Of a stretch of DNA of 32,000 nt, positions 10,096-21,466 are shown in pieces (position 1 is the stretch's first letter; the number at the start of each line of letters is the position of its first letter). The position numbers and the translations under genes were made by a program. Origin of the DNA: Candidatus Saccharimonadota bacterium (GTDB taxonomy: Bacteria; Pseudomonadota; Gammaproteobacteria; Burkholderiales; Burkholderiaceae); NCBI RefSeq assembly GCF_964019745.1, contig NZ_OZ026462.1, forward strand, positions 90,001-122,000, written 5' to 3'. The notes beneath the pieces are model-generated. The model was not told where the DNA came from. It made no database searches and saw only the letters and a program-made list of their open reading frames with translations.

Positions 10096-10638
10096 TTATT
10101 TTAAAATAAATGGAAAATTAAAACCTAAAAGAAGAAATTTTGCTTCTTTATCATTTTTAGCATTTGTAACAATACTAATATTTAAACCACGTATTTTATC
10201 TATTTTTTCAAAACTTATTTCAGGAAAAATAATTTGTTCTTTAATACCAAAATTAAAATTACCTCTACCATCAAAAGATTTATTAGAAATACCACGAAAA
10301 TCTTTAATTCTTGGTAAAACTAAATTTATTAATCTATCTAAAAAATCATACATTTTAGATTTTCTCAAAGTTACCATACATCCAATAGGATAACCTACAC
10401 GAATTTTAAAAGCCGCAATAGATTTTTTAGATTTTGTTATAATAGGTTTTTGTCCAGAAATTATTTCTAAATCTTTTAAAGCATAATTAATAATTTTTTT
10501 ATTTGAAACTGCTTCAGATAATCCCATATTAAGAACAATTTTAATAATTTTTGGTACTTCCATTATTGATTTATAAGAAAATTTTTTAAATAATTTTCTT
10601 ACTATATTTTCTTTATATAAAATTTGTAACCTAGACAT
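10096..10638 (-). CDS. rplE: 50S ribosomal protein L5
   Basis: [18 protein letters not shown] ... [21 protein letters not shown] ... [20 protein letters not shown]. Confidence 0.95.
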   Translation of the reverse strand: MSRLQILYKENIVRKLFKKFSYKSIMEVPKIIKIVLNMGLSEAVSNKKIINYALKDLEIISGQKPIITKSKKSIAAFKIRVGYPIGCMVTLRKSKMYDFLDRLINLVLPRIKDFRGISNKSFDGRGNFNFGIKEQIIFPEISFEKIDKIRGLNISIVTNAKNDKEAKFLLLGFNFPFILK

Positions 10639-10669
10639 AAAAACCTCAAAATTAAATAAAATTTTTATT

Positions 10670-10912
10670 TTATATTTTTTTTTTTAATAATCTTAATACA
10701 CTAATATTTGAAATATGAATAGGCATATTTTTTTCAAAAAAACCATTAGTAATATTATTTTCATTAATTTTTCTTTTTTTAGTTTTTTTAACAATATTAA
10801 CTTTTTCAACAATAATATAATTATTTTTTAAAATTTTTATAATTATACTAAATTTACCTTTATGCTTACCAGATAAAATTTTTACTTTATCATATAATTT
10901 AATTTTTTTCAT
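10670..10912 (-). CDS. rplX: 50S ribosomal protein L24 (C-terminally shortened, 80 aa)
   Basis: [16 protein letters not shown] ... [10 protein letters not shown] ... PIHISNISV. Lies between rplN and rplE. Confidence 0.85.
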   Translation of the reverse strand: MKKIKLYDKVKILSGKHKGKFSIIIKILKNNYIIVEKVNIVKKTKKRKINENNITNGFFEKNMPIHISNISVLRLLKKKI

Positions 10913-10916
10913 AATT

Positions 10917-11285
10917 TTATATTACTTCTAAAGCTAAAGAAATAATTTTCATAAAACGATTTACTCTTAATTCTCTAGTAACAGGACCAAAAATTCTAGT
11001 ACCAATTAATTCAAATTTAGAATTTAATAAAACAACAGCATTTTTATCAAATTTTATTAAAGAACCATCAATTCTACGAATACCATGAACAGTACGTACT
11101 ACTACTGCATTATAAATTTCCCCATTTTTTACTTTACCTTTAGAAATTGATTTTTTAACAACTACTTTTATAATATCTCCAATATTAGCATAACGACGTT
11201 TTGAACCACCTAAAACTTTTATACATAAAACATTCTTAGCTCCAGTATTATCAGCAACATATAATTTACTTTGAGTTTGAATCAT
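10917..11285 (-). CDS. rplN: 50S ribosomal protein L14
   Basis: [39 protein letters not shown]. Confidence 0.97.
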   Translation of the reverse strand: MIQTQSKLYVADNTGAKNVLCIKVLGGSKRRYANIGDIIKVVVKKSISKGKVKNGEIYNAVVVRTVHGIRRIDGSLIKFDKNAVVLLNSKFELIGTRIFGPVTRELRVNRFMKIISLALEVI

Positions 11286-11316
11286 TTAAAAAATAAAAAT
11301 TATTAATTAAAAAAAA

Positions 11317-11577
11317 TTATAAAATACATTTTATTAACCAATGTTTTTTTTTAGAAATCGGACGACATTCAAAGAATTTTATTTTATCACCAATATTAAT
11401 AATATTTTTTTCATTATGAACAAAATATTTTTTAAATTTTACTATCATTTTACCATATAATTTATGTTTAACAATTTTTTTTACTAAAACAATAAGAGTT
11501 TTATCCATCTTATTAGAAATAACTTTTCCAAATAAAAAATTTTTATTTTTTTTAATTATTTTCATTTTTTTTTTCAT
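11317..11577 (-). CDS. rpsQ: 30S ribosomal protein S17
   Basis: GKVISNKMDKTLIVLV ... HKLYGK ... ECRPISKKKHW. An alternative ATG lies at 11565. Either start overlaps the rpmC 3' end. Confidence 0.9.
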   Translation of the reverse strand: MKKKMKIIKKNKNFLFGKVISNKMDKTLIVLVKKIVKHKLYGKMIVKFKKYFVHNEKNIINIGDKIKFFECRPISKKKHWLIKCIL

Positions 11578-11764
11578 TAATAATTGTTTTAATACGTGCT
11601 ATATTTTTACGAATCATTTTTAATTTTGAAAAATTTTTAACTTTTTTAAAAATTATTTGAGTTTTTAAAAAAAATTTTTTTTTAATAAAATTTATTAAAA
11701 TAAATTTTAAACTTTTAATATCTTTATTTTTAATTTTTAAAATAAATTTTTTTTTTTTTTTCAT
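11552..11764 (-). CDS. rpmC: 50S ribosomal protein L29
   Basis: Position between rplP and rpsQ. C-terminal IRKNIARIKTIINEK resembles L29 RRDVARVKTLLNEK. Confidence 0.8.
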   Translation of the reverse strand: MKKKKKFILKIKNKDIKSLKFILINFIKKKFFLKTQIIFKKVKNFSKLKMIRKNIARIKTIINEKKNENN

Positions 11765-11800
11765 TTTATTTTTTATTATTTAATTTTTAATTTTTAATTT

Positions 11801-12220
11801 TTAATTTTTAAATTGACGTAAAACAAAAGTTGTTAAAACAGGTAATTTTGAAGAAGCTAAACGAAATGCTTTTTTAGCTAAAAATTCATCTACACCATCC
11901 ATTTCATAAAGTATTTTACCTGGTTTAATTTCCATAACATAATATTCAACATTTCCTTTACCATTTCCCATTCTAACTTCTGCAGGTTTTTGTGTAATAG
12001 GTTTATCAGGAAAAATACGAACCCAAATTCGACCACCTCTTTTTATACATCTAGTCATAGCTATTCTAGCAGATTCTATTTGTTTAGAACTTATTCTACC
12101 TCTAGTTAAAGACTTTAAACCAAATTTTCCAAATACTACATAACTACCTTTAAAATGAGAAATACCAGTATTTCTACCTTTTTGTTTTTTTTTATATTTA
12201 CTTTTTATAGGTTGTAACAT
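11801..12220 (-). CDS. rplP: 50S ribosomal protein L16
   Basis: [17 protein letters not shown] ... [17 protein letters not shown] ... [28 protein letters not shown]. Confidence 0.97.
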   Translation of the reverse strand: MLQPIKSKYKKKQKGRNTGISHFKGSYVVFGKFGLKSLTRGRISSKQIESARIAMTRCIKRGGRIWVRIFPDKPITQKPAEVRMGNGKGNVEYYVMEIKPGKILYEMDGVDEFLAKKAFRLASSKLPVLTTFVLRQFKN

Positions 12221-12312
12221 ATAAATAAATTTTATTTTTTTTTTAAAAAAAAATATATATTTATTTTAAATAATTTTTATTAATATTTTTATATTTTATA
12301 AATAATTAAAAA

Positions 12313-12951
12313 TTAATTTTTAATTTTTATATTTGTTTTACAAACCCAAACTTTTACTCCTATAATTCCAAAAGAAGTTTTAGCTTCACTAAAACCATAA
12401 TCAATATTAGCACTTAAAGTATGTAAAGGTAATCTTCCTTCACAATACCATTCTTTACGTGCTATTTCAATACCATTTAAACGACCTGATAACATAATTT
12501 TTATTCCATATACTCCTAAACGAACAGCATTTTGTATCGCACGTTTCATAGCTCTACGAAACATAACTCTTTTTTCTAATTGTTGAGAAATTATTTGTGA
12601 TATCAATTGTGGTTCTAATTCAGGATTTAAAACTTCTTCAATTATAATATAAATTTGAGAATTACTTAATCTATTTATTTTTTTTTTTAATAATTCTATT
12701 CCTTCACCACCTTTACCTATTAAAATACCAGGACGCGAAGTATAAATTATAATTTTAATAATTTTTTTAGAATTACGTTCAATAAATATATTATTAATAG
12801 AAGCATTATGAAATATTTTTTTTATATAAAAACGTATTTTTAAATCTTCTATTAAAAATAAAGAAAAAAACTTTTTATCAGCAAACCAAGAAGAACGCCA
12901 TTTTTTATTAAGTGCTAAACGTAAACATACCGGATTAATTTTTTGACCCAT
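12313..12951 (-). CDS. rpsC: 30S ribosomal protein S3 (212 aa)
   Basis: [24 protein letters not shown] ... [14 protein letters not shown] ... [31 protein letters not shown]. Confidence 0.97.
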   Translation of the reverse strand: MGQKINPVCLRLALNKKWRSSWFADKKFFSLFLIEDLKIRFYIKKIFHNASINNIFIERNSKKIIKIIIYTSRPGILIGKGGEGIELLKKKINRLSNSQIYIIIEEVLNPELEPQLISQIISQQLEKRVMFRRAMKRAIQNAVRLGVYGIKIMLSGRLNGIEIARKEWYCEGRLPLHTLSANIDYGFSEAKTSFGIIGVKVWVCKTNIKIKN

Positions 12952-13291
12952 AATATTTTTTTTTTTTTTTTAAAATTAAATAAATATGACAAGATTGTTT
13001 TAAAATTTTTTCATTACGACCTTTAGCTTTAGCAATAAAACGTTTCAACGTTTTAGCTTTTTCAACATAAATTTTATATATAAAAAAATTTTCAATATTA
13101 AGTTTAAAATTATGTTTAATATTTGCAATAGATGAAAATAAAAATTTTTTTATAATTAAAAAACTTTTTTTAAAATTAAAAGATAAAATTTTAATAGCAT
13201 AATTAATTAATTTACCTCTTATTAAATTAACAACAACTCGAGCTTTTTGAGCAGATAAATTAACTTTTAATAACGAAGATTTAATTTTCAT
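12935..13291 (-). CDS. rplV: 50S ribosomal protein L22
   Basis: [15 protein letters not shown] ... [24 protein letters not shown]. 17-nt overlap with rpsC. Confidence 0.9.
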   Translation of the reverse strand: MKIKSSLLKVNLSAQKARVVVNLIRGKLINYAIKILSFNFKKSFLIIKKFLFSSIANIKHNFKLNIENFFIYKIYVEKAKTLKRFIAKAKGRNEKILKQSCHIYLILKKKKKYYGSKN

Positions 13292-13303
13292 AATTATAAA
13301 AAT

Positions 13304-13579
13304 TTATTTAACATTTTTTTTTCCTAAAGAATGCCCTCGAAAAGTACGAGTAAAAGAAAATTCTCCAAATTTATGACCAACCATATTTTCAGAAATATAT
13401 ACAGGTATATGTTTTTTACCATTATGTATTCCAAAAGTTAAACCTATAAAATCAGGTAAAATAGTAGAACGTCTAGACCATATTTTAATAATTTTTTTAT
13501 TATTCATAAGTTTTAATTTTTTAACTTTTTTAATTAATTTAATATCACAAAAAGGACCTTTTTTTAAAGAACGAGACAT
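13304..13579 (-). CDS. rpsS: 30S ribosomal protein S19
   Basis: [12 protein letters not shown] ... [51 protein letters not shown]. Confidence 0.97.
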   Translation of the reverse strand: MSRSLKKGPFCDIKLIKKVKKLKLMNNKKIIKIWSRRSTILPDFIGLTFGIHNGKKHIPVYISENMVGHKFGEFSFTRTFRGHSLGKKNVK

Positions 13580-13589
13580 ATTTTTTTCC

Positions 13590-14417
13590 TTATTTTTTAA
13601 AACGTTTAGAAATTATCATAAAGGAAGTTCTTTTATTCTTTCTAGTTTTTTTACCTTTTGTTTGTTTCCCCCAAGGAGATACAGGATGTCTACCAGAAGA
13701 AGTACGACCTTCACCACCTCCATGTGGATGATCAATAGGATTCATAGCAACTCCTCTAACAGTAGGTCTAATACCTCTCCATCTAGAAGAACCAGCTTTA
13801 CCAAATTTTTTAAGATTATGTTCTATATTTCCAACTTCCCCAATAGTAGCTCTACAATTAATATGAAAACGACGTACCTCACCAGATCTTAATCTTACTT
13901 GTGAATATACTTTTCCTTTAGACATTAAAGTAGCTTTAGAACCAGCAGTGCGTGCTATTTGCCCACCTTTACCAGGTAAAATTTCTATACAATGTATAAT
14001 CATACCAATAGGTATATTTTTAATTGGCATAGAATTACCAATTTTTATTGGAACCATATTACCACTCATAATTTCATCACCAATAACTAAACCATTAGGA
14101 GATAAAATATATTTTTTTTCACCATCAATATAATATAATAAAGCTATATTCGCAGAACGATTAGGATCATATTCAATTCTTTTAACTTTAGATAAAATAT
14201 TATCTTTATTTCTTAAAAAATCTATTATTCTATAATAACGCTTATGTTTACCACCTATATGCCTAACAGTAATACGACCATTATTATTGCGTCCAGAAGA
14301 TTTTTTTTTTTTTTTAATTAATTTTTTTAATGGTCGACCAGAATATAAATTAATATTAGAAATTTTTACCATACCTCTACGTCCAGGAGATGTAGGTTTC
14401 ATTTTTAAAATTATCAT
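13590..14417 (-). CDS. rplB: 50S ribosomal protein L2
   Basis: [11 protein letters not shown] ... [26 protein letters not shown] ... [20 protein letters not shown]. Confidence 0.98.
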   Translation of the reverse strand: MIILKMKPTSPGRRGMVKISNINLYSGRPLKKLIKKKKKSSGRNNNGRITVRHIGGKHKRYYRIIDFLRNKDNILSKVKRIEYDPNRSANIALLYYIDGEKKYILSPNGLVIGDEIMSGNMVPIKIGNSMPIKNIPIGMIIHCIEILPGKGGQIARTAGSKATLMSKGKVYSQVRLRSGEVRRFHINCRATIGEVGNIEHNLKKFGKAGSSRWRGIRPTVRGVAMNPIDHPHGGGEGRTSSGRHPVSPWGKQTKGKKTRKNKRTSFMIISKRFKK

Positions 14418-14737
14418 TTTATTATATCCTTTAATAAATTAATATTTTTAATATTTTTTAATGTTACAAAAGCTCTACGAGTATTTTTTCTATAACCAAA
14501 AAAATTTTTAAAACGTTTTTTTTTACCCTTTCTATTTAAAACACAAACAGATTTAACTTTAACTTTTAACATTCTTTCTACTGCAAATTTTATTTCTAAT
14601 TTATTTGATTTAGGAGAAACAAGAAATATAATTTTTTTATTATTTTTAAAATTAAAAAAATTTTTATTAGAAATAATAGGATTTAATAAAATATTTGTTA
14701 AATGTTCTTTACTATATTTTGTTTTTATTTTTTTCAT
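14414..14737 (-). CDS. rplW: 50S ribosomal protein L23
   Basis: ATG at 14737-14735 forms an ATGA overlap with the rplD stop. The track ORF starts at an upstream TTG at 14749. The stop is TGA at 14416-14414, in an ATGA overlap with the rplB start. Lies between rplD and rplB. Confidence 0.85.
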   Translation of the reverse strand: MKKIKTKYSKEHLTNILLNPIISNKNFFNFKNNKKIIFLVSPKSNKLEIKFAVERMLKVKVKSVCVLNRKGKKKRFKNFFGYRKNTRRAFVTLKNIKNINLLKDIIK

Positions 14738-15357
14738 ATTAACAACCAATTTTGAATTTTTATCAATGATTCTTTAGAAAGTAAAATTTTTTTAAAATAA
14801 ATTAAAGAAATAGGATTAATTTGTTGAGTTTTAATAATAGATATATTATGTAAATTACGAGATGCTAAAATTAAATTTTTTTTTATATTTTCAATAATAA
14901 TTAAAACAGAATCTAAATTCATATTTTTTATTTTTTTTACTAAAATTTTAGTTTTATAAGTATTTAAAAAAAAATTTTCTATAATAAATAAACGATTTTC
15001 AAAAATTAATTTTGATAATATCATACTAATACTTAAACGATACATTTTTTTATTTATCTTATGATGAAAATTTTCATAAGGAAAATTAGGAAAAGCTCTA
15101 CCACCTCCTCTCCATAAAGGAGAAGAAGACATACCAGCTCTTGCCCTTCCAGTACCTTTTTGTTTCCAAGGTTTTTTAGTACTATGATTTACTTCAGATC
15201 TATTTTTTTGTTTACGATTTCCTAATCTTGTATTAGCTTTATAAGAAACAATTATTTGATGAATTAATTTATCATTATATTTTTTATTAAAAATAGAATC
15301 ATATACTAATATATTAGAACATACTTTACCATTATCATTTAACACTTTTAAATACAT
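14734..15357 (-). CDS. rplD: 50S ribosomal protein L4
   Basis: KPWKQKGTGRARAGMSSSPLWRGGGRAFP. The stop codon is TGA. Confidence 0.95.
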   Translation of the reverse strand: MYLKVLNDNGKVCSNILVYDSIFNKKYNDKLIHQIIVSYKANTRLGNRKQKNRSEVNHSTKKPWKQKGTGRARAGMSSSPLWRGGGRAFPNFPYENFHHKINKKMYRLSISMILSKLIFENRLFIIENFFLNTYKTKILVKKIKNMNLDSVLIIIENIKKNLILASRNLHNISIIKTQQINPISLIYFKKILLSKESLIKIQNWLLI

Positions 15358-15365
15358 AAAAACCT

Positions 15366-16022
15366 TTATATTAATTTAGGAATAAATTTAACAGATGGTA
15401 AAATAGTTACATAATTATTTTTACATCCAGGAATAGAACCAGAAATAAAAAGTAAATTACGTATTGAATCTATACGTAAAATTTTTAAATTTTGTATAGT
15501 TTTATATTTAAAACCTAATTGACCACTCATACGTTTACCACGAAAAACTCTTCCAGGATCTTGTGACATTCCAACAGAACCAGGAGTATTATGTGCTTTA
15601 GAATTTCCATGAGAAGCACGACCAGAAGAAAAATGATATCTTTTTATAACACCTGAAAAACCTTTACCAATAGTTTTACCACGAATATCTACTTTATCTC
15701 CAATATTAAATAATTTTACAGTAATTTTATCACCAATTTTAATTAAATTTTTTAAAAAAAAATCTTCTTTAACTTTAAATTCTTTTAAAATTAAACCAAT
15801 TTTTAATTTAAATTTTAAATAATGTCCTAATAAAGATTTATTATTATTTTTTTTTTTAATACCAAAAGTTGTTTGAATAGCATTATAACCATCATTTTTT
15901 ATATTTTTTATTTGAACAACACGATTTTTAGGAACACTAATAACAGTAATTGGAATAGAATTACCATTTTTTAAAAAAATACGTGTCATACCAATTTTTT
16001 TACCAATAAGTCCTAAACTCAT
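15366..16022 (-). CDS. rplC: 50S ribosomal protein L3
   Basis: MSLGLIGKKIGMTRIF ... GKGFSGVIKRYHFSSGRASHGNSKAHNTPGSVG. Confidence 0.97.
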   Translation of the reverse strand: MSLGLIGKKIGMTRIFLKNGNSIPITVISVPKNRVVQIKNIKNDGYNAIQTTFGIKKKNNNKSLLGHYLKFKLKIGLILKEFKVKEDFFLKNLIKIGDKITVKLFNIGDKVDIRGKTIGKGFSGVIKRYHFSSGRASHGNSKAHNTPGSVGMSQDPGRVFRGKRMSGQLGFKYKTIQNLKILRIDSIRNLLFISGSIPGCKNNYVTILPSVKFIPKLI

Positions 16023-16075
16023 AAATTCTTTAAAAATAAAAAAATATATTTAAAATATATTTCATAAAAAAAATA

Positions 16076-16390
16076 TTATTTAAATTTTATTTCTATATCA
16101 ACACCAGAAGGTAAATCAATTTTCATTAAAACATTTAATGTAATTTGTGTAGAATTAATAACATCTATTATTCTATTATAAGTTCTAATTTCAAATTGAT
16201 CATAAGAATTTTTATTAACATGAGGTGATCTTAATATATCAAATCTTTGAATTTTTGTAGGCAAAAAAATAGGACCTTTAATAAAAGCTCCTGTTTTTTT
16301 TGTAATATTAGTTATTTCTAAAATAGATTGTTCTAATAATTTATTATTAAAAGATTTTAATTTAATTCTAATTTTTTGTTTTAAAAACAT
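16076..16390 (-). CDS. rpsJ: 30S ribosomal protein S10
   Basis: [17 protein letters not shown] ... [39 protein letters not shown]. Confidence 0.97.
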   Translation of the reverse strand: MFLKQKIRIKLKSFNNKLLEQSILEITNITKKTGAFIKGPIFLPTKIQRFDILRSPHVNKNSYDQFEIRTYNRIIDVINSTQITLNVLMKIDLPSGVDIEIKFK

Positions 16391-16449
16391 AATAAATTTC
16401 CTAAATTTAATTATATTTATAATAATAAAAATATAAATTATTAATAATT

Positions 16450-17640
16450 TTATTTAAAAATTTTTATTACTATACCTGCACCTACAGTACGACCACCTTC
16501 ACGAATTGCGAAACGTAAACCTTCCTCCATAGCTATAGGATTAATTAATTTAACATTTATTAAAACATTATCTCCTGGCATTACCATTTCTTTATCTTTA
16601 GGTAATTCAATAGAACCTGTAACATCAGTAGTTCTAAAATAAAATTGAGGTTTATAATTATTAAAAAATGGAGTATGTCTACCACCCTCTTCTTTTGATA
16701 AAACATAAATTTCTGCTGAAAATTTTTTATAAGGCTTCATAGATTTAGGTTTAACTAAAACTTGTCCTCTTTCAACATCTTCTCGTTTTATACTTCTTAA
16801 TAAAATTCCAACATTATCTCCTGCTTGACCATAATCTAATAATTTTCTAAACATTTCAACACCAGTACATATACTTTTTTGTGTTTTTTTAATTCCTACA
16901 ATTTCTATTTCTTCTCCTAATTTTATTTTTCCTCTTTCAATTCTACCAGTAACAACTGTTCCTCTTCCAGAAATAGAAAATACATCTTCAACTGGCATTA
17001 AAAAATCACCATCTATTGCACGTTTAGGATTAGGAATATAAGTATCTATAGCATTAACAAGAGATATTATAGATTGTTCACCTAATATTCCTAAATCACC
17101 TTCTAAAGCTAATTTAGCTGATCCTCTAATAAAAGGTATAATATCACCTGGAAATTCATATTTTGTTAATAATTCTCTAATTTCAATTTCTACTAATTCT
17201 AATAATTCTTGATCATCAACTAAATCTGATTTATTTAAATAAACTATTATATATGGAACACCAACTTGTCGAGCTAATAAAATATGTTCTCTAGTTTGTG
17301 GCATAGGTCCATCAGCTGCAGAACAAACTAAAATTGCACCATCCATTTGAGCAGCACCAGTAATCATATTTTTTACATAATCTGCATGACCAGGACAATC
17401 TACATGTGCATAATGACGTAATGAAGTTTCATATTCAACATGAGCAGTATTAATAGTAATACCTCTTTCTTTTTCTTCTGGTGCTGCATCAATTTGATCA
17501 TATGCTTTAGCTTCACATCCAAATTTTTTAGATAAAACTGTAGTTATAGCAGCAGTTAAAGTAGTTTTACCATGATCAACATGCCCTATTGTTCCAATAT
17601 TAATATGCGGTTTAGTTCTTTCAAATTTATTTTTTGCCAT
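16450..17640 (-). CDS. tuf: elongation factor Tu
   Basis: [18 protein letters not shown] and NKSD GTPase motifs. Full-length 396 aa. By far the most G+C-rich and conserved CDS in the window. Confidence 0.99.
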   Translation of the reverse strand: MAKNKFERTKPHINIGTIGHVDHGKTTLTAAITTVLSKKFGCEAKAYDQIDAAPEEKERGITINTAHVEYETSLRHYAHVDCPGHADYVKNMITGAAQMDGAILVCSAADGPMPQTREHILLARQVGVPYIIVYLNKSDLVDDQELLELVEIEIRELLTKYEFPGDIIPFIRGSAKLALEGDLGILGEQSIISLVNAIDTYIPNPKRAIDGDFLMPVEDVFSISGRGTVVTGRIERGKIKLGEEIEIVGIKKTQKSICTGVEMFRKLLDYGQAGDNVGILLRSIKREDVERGQVLVKPKSMKPYKKFSAEIYVLSKEEGGRHTPFFNNYKPQFYFRTTDVTGSIELPKDKEMVMPGDNVLINVKLINPIAMEEGLRFAIREGGRTVGAGIVIKIFK

Positions 17641-17644
17641 TTTT

Positions 17645-17649
17645 TCCTT
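17645..17649 (-). promoter_or_regulatory. Shine-Dalgarno AAGGA for tuf
   Basis: Minus-strand reading is AAAGGAAAAA-ATG in the 32-nt fusA-tuf spacer. Confidence 0.5.
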
Positions 17650-17672
17650 TAAATTTTTTTAAATTTTAAAAA

Positions 17673-19778
17673 TTATTTTTTTTTTAAATTAATTATTTTT
17701 TCAATAATATTTTTAGGTGCTTCAGAATATTTATTAAATTTCATTGAATATGTAGCTCTACCTTGTGAAAGAGATCTAATAGATGTAGAATAACCAAACA
17801 TTTCTGATAACGGAACATTAGCAAAAATATTTTTTCCACTAATATTAATTAATTCTGACATATCAGTTATTATTCCTCTTCTAGAGGATAAATCACCAAT
17901 AATTGAACCTGCATATTCTTCTGGAGTTTCAATAGAAACAAACATTATAGGTTCTAAAATTGTTGGATTTGATCTACGACAACCTTCCTTAAAAGCTTTA
18001 GAAGCAGCTATACGAAAAGCATTTTCATTAGAATCTACTTCATGAAAAGATCCAAAAAATAAAGTAACTTTAACATCTACTACAGGATAACCAGCTAAAA
18101 CACCAAAATTTAATGAATCAATAATACCTTTTTCAACAGAAGGTATAAATTCTTTAGGAATAGTACCACCTTTTATAGCATTAATAAATTTAAATCCTAA
18201 ACCAGGTTTTTGAGGTTCAAGTTTTAAAAAAACATGCCCATATTGACCACGTCCTCCAGATTGTTTAATAAATTTTCCTTCAATACTTTTACAAATTTTT
18301 TTTATTGTTTCTCTATATGCAACTTGAGGAGTACCAACATTAGCCTCAACTTTAAATTCACGTTTCATTCTATCAATTATAATTTCTAAATGTAATTCAC
18401 CCATTCCAGAAATAATAGTTTGTCCAGTTTCATTATCATTTTTAATATAAAAAGAAGGATCTTCTTGTGATAAACGATATAAAGCTAAACCCATTTTTTC
18501 TTGATCAATTTTTGTTTTTGGTTCAACAGCTTGAGAAATTACAGGTTCAGGAAAAATAATACGTTCTAATATAATTATAGAATTTAAATCACATAATGTA
18601 TCACCAGTAGTAACATTCTTTAAACCTACAGCTGCAGCAATATCACCAGTCCTAATTATTTTAATTTCTTCTCTTTTATTTGCATGCATTTGTAAAATTC
18701 TTCCTAAACGTTCTTTTTTTTTTTTTAAAGGATTATAAATAAAATCCCCTGTTCTAATAATTCCAGAATAAACTCTTAAAAAAATTAATTGACCAACAAA
18801 TAAATCATTCATTATTTTAAAAGCTAAAGAAGAAAACTTTTCATCATCAGAAGATTTTCTAAATTCTTCTTTATTATTTTCATCTAAACCTTTAATAGAT
18901 GGAATATCAATAGGAGAAGGCAAATATTCTATAATAGCATCTAACATAGGTTGAATACCTTTATTTTTAATTGCTGTACCACAAATCATAGGAGTAACTT
19001 TTGCTTCAATTGTTAATTTTCTTAAAATAAATTTAATATCTTTTTCATTCAAATCATCAAATTCTAAATATTTAATCATTAATTCTTCAGAAAATTCTAC
19101 TAACATTTCTATCATAAATGTACGCCATTTTCGTGCAATATCAAAAAAATTTTTTGGAATATCTTTAAAAACAAATTTCATTCCATTAGAAGAATCATCC
19201 CAAAAAATCGCAACCATTTTTATTAAATCTATTACACCTAAAAATACTCCATTAATTTCTATAGGAATTTGTATAGGTATAGGATTTCCTTTTAATCTTA
19301 AACGTATTTGATCATATACTTTAAAAAAATTTGCTCCTATTCTATCCATTTTATTTACAAAAGCTAAACGAGGTACTTTATATTTATTAGCTTGTCTCCA
19401 TACAGTCTCAGATTGAGATTGAACACCACCAACAGCACAATATACCATACACATTCCATCTAAAATTCTCATAGAACGTTCAACTTCAATAGTAAAATCA
19501 ACATGTCCAGGAGTATCTATAATATTAATATGATGCTTAACAAAATTTTTACGCATACCATCCCAAAAACAAGTAGTAGCAGCAGAAGTTATAGTTATTC
19601 CTCTCTCTTGCTCTTGAATCATCCAATCCATTGTTGCAGCACCATCATGAACTTCACCTATTTTATGATTTACACCAGTAAAATATAAAATACGTTCTGT
19701 AATAGTAGTTTTTCCAGCATCTATATGTGCAGAAATACCAATATTTCTATAATTTTTAATTAATGTTTTTCTTAACAT
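17673..19778 (-). CDS. fusA: elongation factor G
   Basis: [43 protein letters not shown]. 701 aa. Confidence 0.99.
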   Translation of the reverse strand: MLRKTLIKNYRNIGISAHIDAGKTTITERILYFTGVNHKIGEVHDGAATMDWMIQEQERGITITSAATTCFWDGMRKNFVKHHINIIDTPGHVDFTIEVERSMRILDGMCMVYCAVGGVQSQSETVWRQANKYKVPRLAFVNKMDRIGANFFKVYDQIRLRLKGNPIPIQIPIEINGVFLGVIDLIKMVAIFWDDSSNGMKFVFKDIPKNFFDIARKWRTFMIEMLVEFSEELMIKYLEFDDLNEKDIKFILRKLTIEAKVTPMICGTAIKNKGIQPMLDAIIEYLPSPIDIPSIKGLDENNKEEFRKSSDDEKFSSLAFKIMNDLFVGQLIFLRVYSGIIRTGDFIYNPLKKKKERLGRILQMHANKREEIKIIRTGDIAAAVGLKNVTTGDTLCDLNSIIILERIIFPEPVISQAVEPKTKIDQEKMGLALYRLSQEDPSFYIKNDNETGQTIISGMGELHLEIIIDRMKREFKVEANVGTPQVAYRETIKKICKSIEGKFIKQSGGRGQYGHVFLKLEPQKPGLGFKFINAIKGGTIPKEFIPSVEKGIIDSLNFGVLAGYPVVDVKVTLFFGSFHEVDSNENAFRIAASKAFKEGCRRSNPTILEPIMFVSIETPEEYAGSIIGDLSSRRGIITDMSELINISGKNIFANVPLSEMFGYSTSIRSLSQGRATYSMKFNKYSEAPKNIIEKIINLKKK

Positions 19779-19823
19779 AATAATTATTTAAAATATTTAA
19801 AAATATTATTTTTTTATAAATAA

Positions 19824-20294
19824 TTAAAATTTAAAATGTGAAAAAGTTTTATTAGCTTCTGCCATTTTATGAATATTATCACGTTTTTTAATTGTAAATC
19901 CTTTATTTTCAGAAGCATCTATTAACTCTTGACCTAAACGATGATAAATATACTTTTCTTTACGTTTAAAAAGAGATTCACGTAACCAACGCATTGATAA
20001 AGTAGCACGACGAGTTAAACGAACTTCAATAGGTACTTGAAAACTTGAACCACCAATTCTACGAGATTTAACTTCTACTAATGGTTTACAATTTTCAATA
20101 GCTAAAAAAAAAATATCTAAAGGATTACGACCAGTTTTTTTTTTAATATAATCAAAAGCACGATAAATAATATTTTCAGATAAAGATTTTTTTCCAGAAA
20201 ACATTAAAATATTAACAAATTTTGCAACATCTATATTACAAAATTTAGGATCTGGTAAAATATTTTTTTTAATATTTTTTTTACGACGTGACAT
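19824..20294 (-). CDS. rpsG: 30S ribosomal protein S7
   Basis: MSRRKKNIKKNILPDPKF ... VEVKSRRIGGSSFQVPIEVR ... ANKTFSHFKF. Confidence 0.97.
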   Translation of the reverse strand: MSRRKKNIKKNILPDPKFCNIDVAKFVNILMFSGKKSLSENIIYRAFDYIKKKTGRNPLDIFFLAIENCKPLVEVKSRRIGGSSFQVPIEVRLTRRATLSMRWLRESLFKRKEKYIYHRLGQELIDASENKGFTIKKRDNIHKMAEANKTFSHFKF

Positions 20295-20320
20295 AATTTT
20301 TATTATTATATTTAATATTA

Positions 20321-20704
20321 TTATTTTTTTAATTTTTTATTTTTCTTTACACCATATTTAGATCTTGCTTTTTTACGATTCTTAACACCTTGCATATCTA
20401 AAGCTCCTCTAACCATATGATAACGAACTCCAGGAAGATCTTTAACTCTTCCACCTCTTATTAAAACTACACTATGTTCTTGTAAATTATGTCCTTCACC
20501 ACCAATATAAGAAATTACTTCAAAACCATTTGTTAAACGAACTTTTGCAACTTTTCTTAAAGCAGAATTAGGTTTTTTAGGTGTTGTAGTATAAACACGA
20601 GTACAAACACCTCTTTTTTGAGGATTTTTATTTAAAGCAGGAGATTTACTTTTAATTCTAAATTTTTTTCTAGGTTTACGTATTAATTGATTTATTGTAG
20701 GCAT
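20321..20704 (-). CDS. rpsL: 30S ribosomal protein S12
   Basis: [13 protein letters not shown] start (ATG at 20704-20702). The track ORF begins at an upstream TTG at 20728. [22 protein letters not shown] ... [13 protein letters not shown]. Confidence 0.95.
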   Translation of the reverse strand: MPTINQLIRKPRKKFRIKSKSPALNKNPQKRGVCTRVYTTTPKKPNSALRKVAKVRLTNGFEVISYIGGEGHNLQEHSVVLIRGGRVKDLPGVRYHMVRGALDMQGVKNRKKARSKYGVKKNKKLKK

Positions 20705-20786
20705 TTTTTTTAATAAAATATAAATCAAAAATTTTAAAAATTATTTAATTTAACTAAAATTAATAAATAAAAATATTTTAATATAA

Positions 20787-20957
20787 TTATTTTATTTTTT
20801 TCTCTATATATTTAACATGTTTACGTAATTTAGGATCATATTTCATAAAAAATATTTTTTTTAAACTATTACGTTTAGATTTTGTAGTAGTATAAAAATG
20901 ACCAGTACCAGCAGTTGATTCTAATTTAATTTTTATACGTTTAGATTTTTTAGACAT
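20787..20957 (-). CDS. rpmG: 50S ribosomal protein L33 (56 aa)
   Basis: Hand translation: [56 protein letters not shown], then [16 protein letters not shown] is the L33 hallmark. Below the ORF-track cutoff. Confidence 0.9.
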   Translation of the reverse strand: MSKKSKRIKIKLESTAGTGHFYTTTKSKRNSLKKIFFMKYDPKLRKHVKYIEKKIK

Positions 20958-20987
20958 ATTTTTTAAAATATAATTTTTTGTTATACA

Positions 20988-21230
20988 TTATACTTTTTTT
21001 TTATTTTTTTTATAAATAATATTATTATAAACAAAATCTATACCTTTCTTATCAATAAGACGTAAACCTGCTTTAGTTATTCGTAATAAAATCCATTTAT
21101 TTTTAGATTTTAAAAAAAAACGATGATTTTGTAAATTTGGAAAAAATTTACGTTTAGTTTTATTATTAGAATGAGAAACATTATTACCAATTAATGGTTT
21201 TTTATTTGTTATTTGACAAATACGTGACAT
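20988..21230 (-). CDS. rpmB: 50S ribosomal protein L28
   Basis: [38 protein letters not shown] ... [11 protein letters not shown]. Confidence 0.93.
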   Translation of the reverse strand: MSRICQITNKKPLIGNNVSHSNNKTKRKFFPNLQNHRFFLKSKNKWILLRITKAGLRLIDKKGIDFVYNNIIYKKNKKKV

Positions 21231-21250
21231 ATATTTTATATTTATAATTA

Positions 21251-21334
21251 TATTTATATTTATATTTATATTTATATTTATATTTATATTTATATTTATA
21301 TTTATATTTATATTTATATTTATATTTATATTTA
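21251..21334. repeat. perfect tandem hexanucleotide array (TATTTA)x14
   Basis: Counted directly: 14 uninterrupted units from 21251 to 21334, preceded by about 3 degenerate units (21232-21250). It starts 21 nt upstream of the rpmB start codon. Confidence 0.95.
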
Positions 21335-21466
21335 AAATAATATAATAAATATTATTATTAAAATATTAATAATATTATTATATATTTTAAAATAAAATTA
21401 TTTAAATAAAAATAATATTAATTTAAATAAATTAAATTTTATTTATAAAAAATATAAAAATATAAA

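Noticed and set aside
13662-14133. Two plus-strand ORFs (13662-13892 and 13948-14133) antisense to rplB
   Set aside because: They lie entirely within the highly conserved L2 gene and have no recognisable motifs. The relatively G+C-rich L2 sequence simply lacks stops on the opposite strand.
19503-19688. 61-aa plus-strand ORF antisense to fusA
   Set aside because: Shadow ORF within the conserved EF-G G-domain coding sequence, with no independent support.
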